Part shown: piece by piece, positions 58,595 through 64,000 of the stretch
How the letters are laid out: each line of letters opens with the position of its first letter
How positions within the stretch are numbered: position 1 is the stretch's first letter
From: Octopus vulgaris
Lineage: Eukaryota
Assembly (NCBI GenBank): GCA_951406725.2
Contig: OX597820.1
Coordinates: forward strand, 119,660,001-119,724,000
DNA length: 64,000 nucleotides
Reading direction: 5' to 3'
Notes under the pieces: generated by a model
The model's input: only the letters and a program-made list of their open reading frames with translations
What the model was told of the DNA's origin: nothing
Databases searched by the model: none
Made by a program: the position numbers and the translations under genes

Positions 58595-58660
<66 letters not shown>

Positions 58661-58899
58661 GTAAATGCATACGTACCCACATGCACCAACACAGACACAT
58701 ATAGATATATATTTAATTCCCAATATATGGATTTAGGTAATCCAGTGGTGCTCAAAAATATCTCCTTTAATGGATTAGGCTATAAACCACATAGCATTTC
58801 AAAACAAATCAAAGGAAATTAAGCCAGAGTCTACTGCAGTTGAAATCCAATAAATTCAATTGGTAATGATTATTTTATTAGAAGTATATATACATATAC

Positions 58900-58934
<35 letters not shown>

Positions 58935-58939
<5 letters not shown>

Positions 58940-59167
58940 CTTTACTACCCACAAGGGGCTAAACACAGAGGAAACAAGCAAGGACAGACAAAGAGATTAA
59001 GTCGATTACATCGACCCCAGTGCGTAACTGGTACTTAATTTATCGACCCCGGAAGGATGAAAGGCAAAGTCGACCTCGGCGGAATTTGAACTCGGAACGT
59101 AACGGCAGACGAAATACGGCAACGCATTTCACCCGGTGTGCTAACGTTTCTGCCAGCTCGCCGCCTT
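58935..59167 (-). mobile_element. SINE family A, full length
   Basis: Complete tail-to-head match, inserted in (TA)n. Confidence 0.93.
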
Positions 59168-59195
59168 CAATATATATATATATGTATGTATGTAT

Positions 59196-59261
<66 letters not shown>

Positions 59262-59709
59262 CTGTATATAAAGATAAAGATTAGTAAGATATGCTGGTAT
59301 TATTTATATAACAAAGAATGAATATCTCTGTACGCATAGAAATAGATAGAAAAATCTGTTTGCTATGAGTATGCGGATACATTTAGCTTGAATGGTATGG
59401 TAAGACAGGTATATTGTAAATAAATAATTCTAAACAAAGGCAGGCAATCAATCACACTCGAGTTTTTCAATCCTCGCGGTTACTATGGACGAAGCTTAAT
59501 ATCGGAAACGAACTGAAAACCGAAATGGTTAGTCTTCGGTATTTTCTTTTGTGTTTTATGTATTTTTTCATCCAATCAGAAGAATAATCGTCTGTTATTT
59601 TTCTAGAGATATTTTTCTGACCGATTGTGAAATATGAACGCACATATAGTGTATACCAGAAACAGCTGTAAGTCTAAGATGCCCAAATAAGGAAATATGT
59701 AAAGTATCT

Positions 59710-60035
59710 CTTATCTTTCCCTAGTTAAAATTATTGTATTATGGCAGTGGTAGGGCACATCCTTGAAAGATTTTTGTGGAAGAGAACTTAGTTTTTTCAA
59801 GTCAGCTACTTGAGCTATCGGTCTACTTTCGCTAACAGTAATGTTACGGAAAAGTAAACAACCCACCACCGGTTGTCGAAAGGAGAATAGCTCCAAACAC
59901 AAGCAGAAAGGCACACACGAATATACACACAAACACTTAAACACACGTGCACCCTTCATTTTCTGTCTATCAAAACAACTCACAAGCCTTTTGACGGTCT
60001 GGGACAAAACACTTGCCCAAGATGCCATGCCTGAA
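59710..60035 (-). mobile_element. SINE family B, very degenerate
   Basis: Residual blocks ctatcggtct, ccggttgtc, actcacaag and acacttgcccaagatgcca. Confidence 0.6.
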
Positions 60036-60143
60036 CTGATATATACATACATACATATATACACACATACATACATACATACATACATGTATACACACAC
60101 ACATACATACATACATACATACATACATACATACCTATATATA

Positions 60144-60184
<41 letters not shown>

Positions 60185-60186
<2 letters not shown>

Positions 60187-60725
60187 CAATAATAATTCTC
60201 TAAAAGAGATATAGACAGTAACTGCTCGATAACATAAGGGACTAAAGCCATCTGAATATGGCTAGGGACAGGGCAGGGTGGTGGGGGTGTTACTGTTGCA
60301 TTTAGCCCCAGGCGAACATCGACGTCACCAGAAAGGCCCGACACCGTCACGGTGTCCTTAACCTGCAAAGGGAGGTAATTCCCCGATGAAGCGGAAACCA
60401 CACACGGACCATGGTTTCAAGGTGTATTGCCTATCGTCGGCGTGTGGTAGGCTTCCGCTTCCTCGACGAATTCTCACTCTGCAGGATATTCATATATAGA
60501 TTTTCAAGCAAAATACATTTGCTGATTTCGAAAATCTGTTCGAAAGCAATAATAATTCTCTAAAAGAGATATAGACAGTAACTGCTCGATAACATAAGGG
60601 ACTAAAGCCATCTGAATATGGCTAGGGACAGGGCAGGGTGGTGGGGGTGTTACTGTTGCATTTAGCCCCAGGCGAACATCGACGTCACCAGAAAGGCCCG
60701 ACACCGTCACGGTGTCCTTAACCTG
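60185..60725. repeat. Identical 181-bp direct repeats (60185-60365, 60545-60725), PLE-LTR-related
   Basis: The copies appear identical on inspection with an offset of 360 bp. They are related to 7130-7340 and 57545-57675. Confidence 0.95.
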
Positions 60726-60748
60726 AAAACGACGATAGGCAATACACC

Positions 60749-61306
60749 TTGCATTCAGCGGGATTAGTAAAATTTTTGGTAGAAATGACTAATTTTGTCC
60801 CTCTTAGCGTGTGGCATGTATGTATAATAATGCCCTCTATATATAAATTAATATGTTCAATAAGAAAGAATTATTTTCGAAATTTTTTCTCTTATGAGGT
60901 CTTTCACGCTATCAACCCGATAATTTCTTCTTAAGTTTTCCTTATTAAGAAGTTGTCCTTAATTGCTAAATTTTTATTCCGAAAAAACTTTTTCCTTTCC
61001 CGAAATGCAATTCGTAAAAGTCTGCCATTTACCGGATGTAATATATGTAAACTCACCCATGTGCTTCGTTGATGTTGATCAGTTAGCTGCTCGGCTTAGA
61101 CGAGGTAGGGCCGTTTATTTATGATACGTCCAGGCTTGCTGATGAATACAGAGGTATGAAATCACAGGTGATACAAGTCCATATTTTTAAATGTCTTACT
61201 TTGAAAAATTGCATTCGGCGGGATTAGTAAAATTTTTGGTAGAAATGACTAATTTTGTCCCTCTTAGCGTGTGGCATGTATATATAATAATGCCCTCTAT
61301 ATATAA

Positions 61307-61309
<3 letters not shown>
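60749..61309 (+). mobile_element. Hammerhead-containing 460-bp unit bracketed by 101-bp direct repeats (retrozyme or PLE-LTR-like)
   Basis: 60749-60849 and 61209-61309 differ at 2 positions, and a complete hammerhead lies between them. Confidence 0.75.
61133..61179 (+). ncRNA. Complete type I hammerhead ribozyme
   Basis: Stem I ggcttg/caagtc, core CTGATGA (61139-61145), stem II atac-agag-gtat, GAAA (61158-61161), stem III atca-cagg-tgat, and cleavage triplet AUA (after A61173). Confidence 0.88.
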
Positions 61310-61343
<34 letters not shown>

Positions 61344-61355
61344 GATTGATAGATT

Positions 61356-61393
<38 letters not shown>

Positions 61394-62209
61394 TGCGTCT
61401 GTGTGTGTGTGTGTGTGTTTGTGTGAGTGTGTGTGTGTGTGTGTGTGTGAGTGTGTGCCCAGCATGGCCGCAGTTAATTGACTAAAACAACAAAACGAAA
61501 AAGGTATATATTTATACATAAATATATAAACATACATATCCATGCAAAAGTAGATATCTGTGTGTGTTTGTCTGGATGTGTGTATGTGTGTCTCTCTTTC
61601 ATTAACGACAGGTAAAAGGTAAAACCAAAATGCATATATATTCATATTCTAAATTCTGCTTTCTGGTTTGCATCACCAAACACACACTCACACACACACG
61701 CACACTTATATTTACGCGCACGCAAATTCACATATAGGAGCATACACATATGTATATTCCCCCCCCGCCACCTTTCATGTAAATCGCTGACCAGTGTTGA
61801 AGATTGCATATAATTATCTAACTGATCGCTTTAGTCGTCGTCATCGTCGTCGTCGTCGTCGTGTTCGTCGTCATCGCCAGTATCAACGGAGTTGTTGCCA
61901 ACTCTATAATCACAATCAGTTGAAGATTTTCTGTGAATGAATCTTGAATGATAATGACGTCTTGTAGTGTGCTAATATACTTGAAAAAGGCATGAACCGA
62001 AACACTTCCCTGCTGGGAATATCCTTCATATCTCCGGGGCTTTGCGCCTTGTGAAGCACGCGTTAATGACACCTACAATAATTTGATGCCGTAGAATCTC
62101 AATGGTCTATTTGACATAAGACAGATTGCATTCATCAACATACTTAAATTCAAACCAAGAACCTTCTTTATCAGTTTAAGAAATGTGGGAGTGACACGTA
62201 CTACATTTA

Positions 62210-62211
62210 CA

Positions 62212-62295
<84 letters not shown>

Positions 62296-62449
62296 GTATA
62301 TTTATATATATGTATATATATATATGTATATGTATGTGTATGTATATATGTATATATATATGTATATATATATATATATGTATATGTATATGTATATATA
62401 TATATATGTATATGTATGTGTATGTATATATATATATGTATATGTATAT

Positions 62450-62483
<34 letters not shown>

Positions 62484-62494
62484 GTATCTATATG

Positions 62495-62529
<35 letters not shown>

Positions 62530-62534
62530 GTATA

Positions 62535-62581
<47 letters not shown>

Positions 62582-62585
62582 TATA
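62210..62585. repeat. (CA)n/(TA)n/(TATATG)n microsatellite
   Basis: Directly visible. Confidence 0.95.
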
Positions 62586-63094
62586 CGCAAGCCTACACAC
62601 ATGCAAACATTGGAACACGTACAGAACACTAACTCGCTCTCATATAAAAAATATGAACCAGAAAAATCTCAAATACACGCTTTCATTATATGTGCACTTG
62701 AATACAAGTGTAAACAGCTACTCGAGAAAATCCTTATATTATTTCAAATTAAATGAGAATTGTGTTCTACATACAGTACATCACTTTAGATAATTCCTGT
62801 CGTGCATTTTTGCCATTGGTCATCTTGGGTTATTTGCCTTAGCTGAGTTTAGTTATTAATTCTTTGCTCTCACCATAAAGTGTCCTACACTTTGTTTAGG
62901 ACGTTATATGATGACAGCAAGGAATACGCCTGTTTGTTGTTTATACACCTCTTTTCTTCTTTTGTCTTTCTGTAAATTTCAACTATATATATATATAATA
63001 ATAATAATAATAATATTAGGAAATAAATCCAAACTTACAGGGAAAAATTAGATTTAGGATTAAATCCAATTTTATAGTATAAATATATTATATT

Positions 63095-63297
63095 ATATTA
63101 TATCAAATTAGAGATAAAACCACTATTAGGCAAATCAAACAGTGAAAAACATAAGCCAATACATAAAATTAATTAAAAAATATAAAAGTTAAACTTTTAA
63201 TACTTTTGATATTTATATAATAAAAAATTTTTTTTTTAATTGAAAAAATTAATAAATAAATTAATTAATAAATAAAATAATATATGAATATAAAAAT

Positions 63298-63343
<46 letters not shown>

Positions 63344-63500
63344 ATATATATATTTAAAATTTATAAGTTTAAATTATTTAAATAATTTTTTAAATTTTAA
63401 CTTTTATACTTTTAAATTAAGTTTTATGTATTGGCTTTATGTTTTTCACTGTTTGATTTGCCTAATAGTGGTTTTATCTCTAATTTAATATAATATATAT
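63095..63500. repeat. Long AT-rich inverted repeat (arms of about 100 bp)
   Basis: aaattagagataaaaccactattaggcaaatcaaacagtgaaaaacataa at about 63105 has its reverse complement at about 63437-63487, and the match extends on both sides. Confidence 0.92.
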
Positions 63501-63503
63501 ATA

Positions 63504-64000
63504 TACGAGAGTGAGTAAAAAAGTAATGACATTTTGTTTAGGACGGGTATAATTACCAACACAGGAACATGTATTCTACATCAAAATGAAGCTGCTTCTC
63601 TGTGGATCACATCCCTGCTTCTCAACATAGTTACTGTTTCTCTCAACAGCAATGTTCCACCTTCGAATGAAAGCATGTATCCTTACCCCGTAAAATTTTG
63701 TTGACTGTTCTTTGAGCCACGTCTTCACTACAGTTTTCACATCCTCGTCACTGGAATAATGTTTTCCTCTCAAACCTTCTTTCGTGGCGCCGAAGAGATG
63801 ATAGTCTGAAGGCGTTAAATCTGGTGAGTGTAGATGTTGTGAAGAGGTGGCTCAAAGAAAAATCAACAGAAGTTTGCGGGGTCGGGATACATGCTCTCAT
63901 TCGAAGGTGGAACATTGCTATTGAGAGAAACGCTGACTGTGTTGAGAAGTAGGGATGTGATCCACAGACGACCAGCGTCATTTCGACGTGTGATGCATGT
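63504..64000. mobile_element. Mariner-derived foldback element (two transposase 3' ends back to back, running off the window)
   Basis: The minus strand reads HSPDLTPSDYHLFGATKEGLRGKHYSSDEDVKTVVKTWLKEQ...IRRWNIAVERNSNYVEK. The plus strand from about 63836 reads VVKRWLKEKSTEVCGVGIHALIRRWNIAIERNADCVEK*. A TIR-like tacgagagtgagtaaaaaagt starts at 63504. Confidence 0.88.

Overview
This is AT-rich, extremely microsatellite-rich animal DNA, probably intronic or intergenic. The SINE families and repeat landscape suggest an octopus (cephalopod) genome, which is an inference. There is one 100-N assembly gap and no intact protein-coding gene. Nearly all ORFs in the supplied track are translations of (TA)n, (CA)n, (TATG)n or (ATT)n microsatellites, or of SINEs. 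The real content is about 30 tRNA-derived SINE copies from at least four families, fossil Tc1/mariner DNA transposons, and 3' ends of CR1-group and RTE LINEs. There are also two R4/Dong-type RLE retrotransposons stacked in (TAA)n tracts and many Penelope-like (PLE) pieces. The most notable signal is a set of type I hammerhead ribozyme motifs. One at 61133-61179 is structurally complete and sits inside a 460-bp unit bracketed by 101-bp direct repeats, like a retrozyme or PLE LTR. One at about 11905-11973 is near-complete, and several others are minimal or variant. Three candidate phase-1 terminal exons of an unidentified host gene on the + strand are flagged as a hypothesis only.
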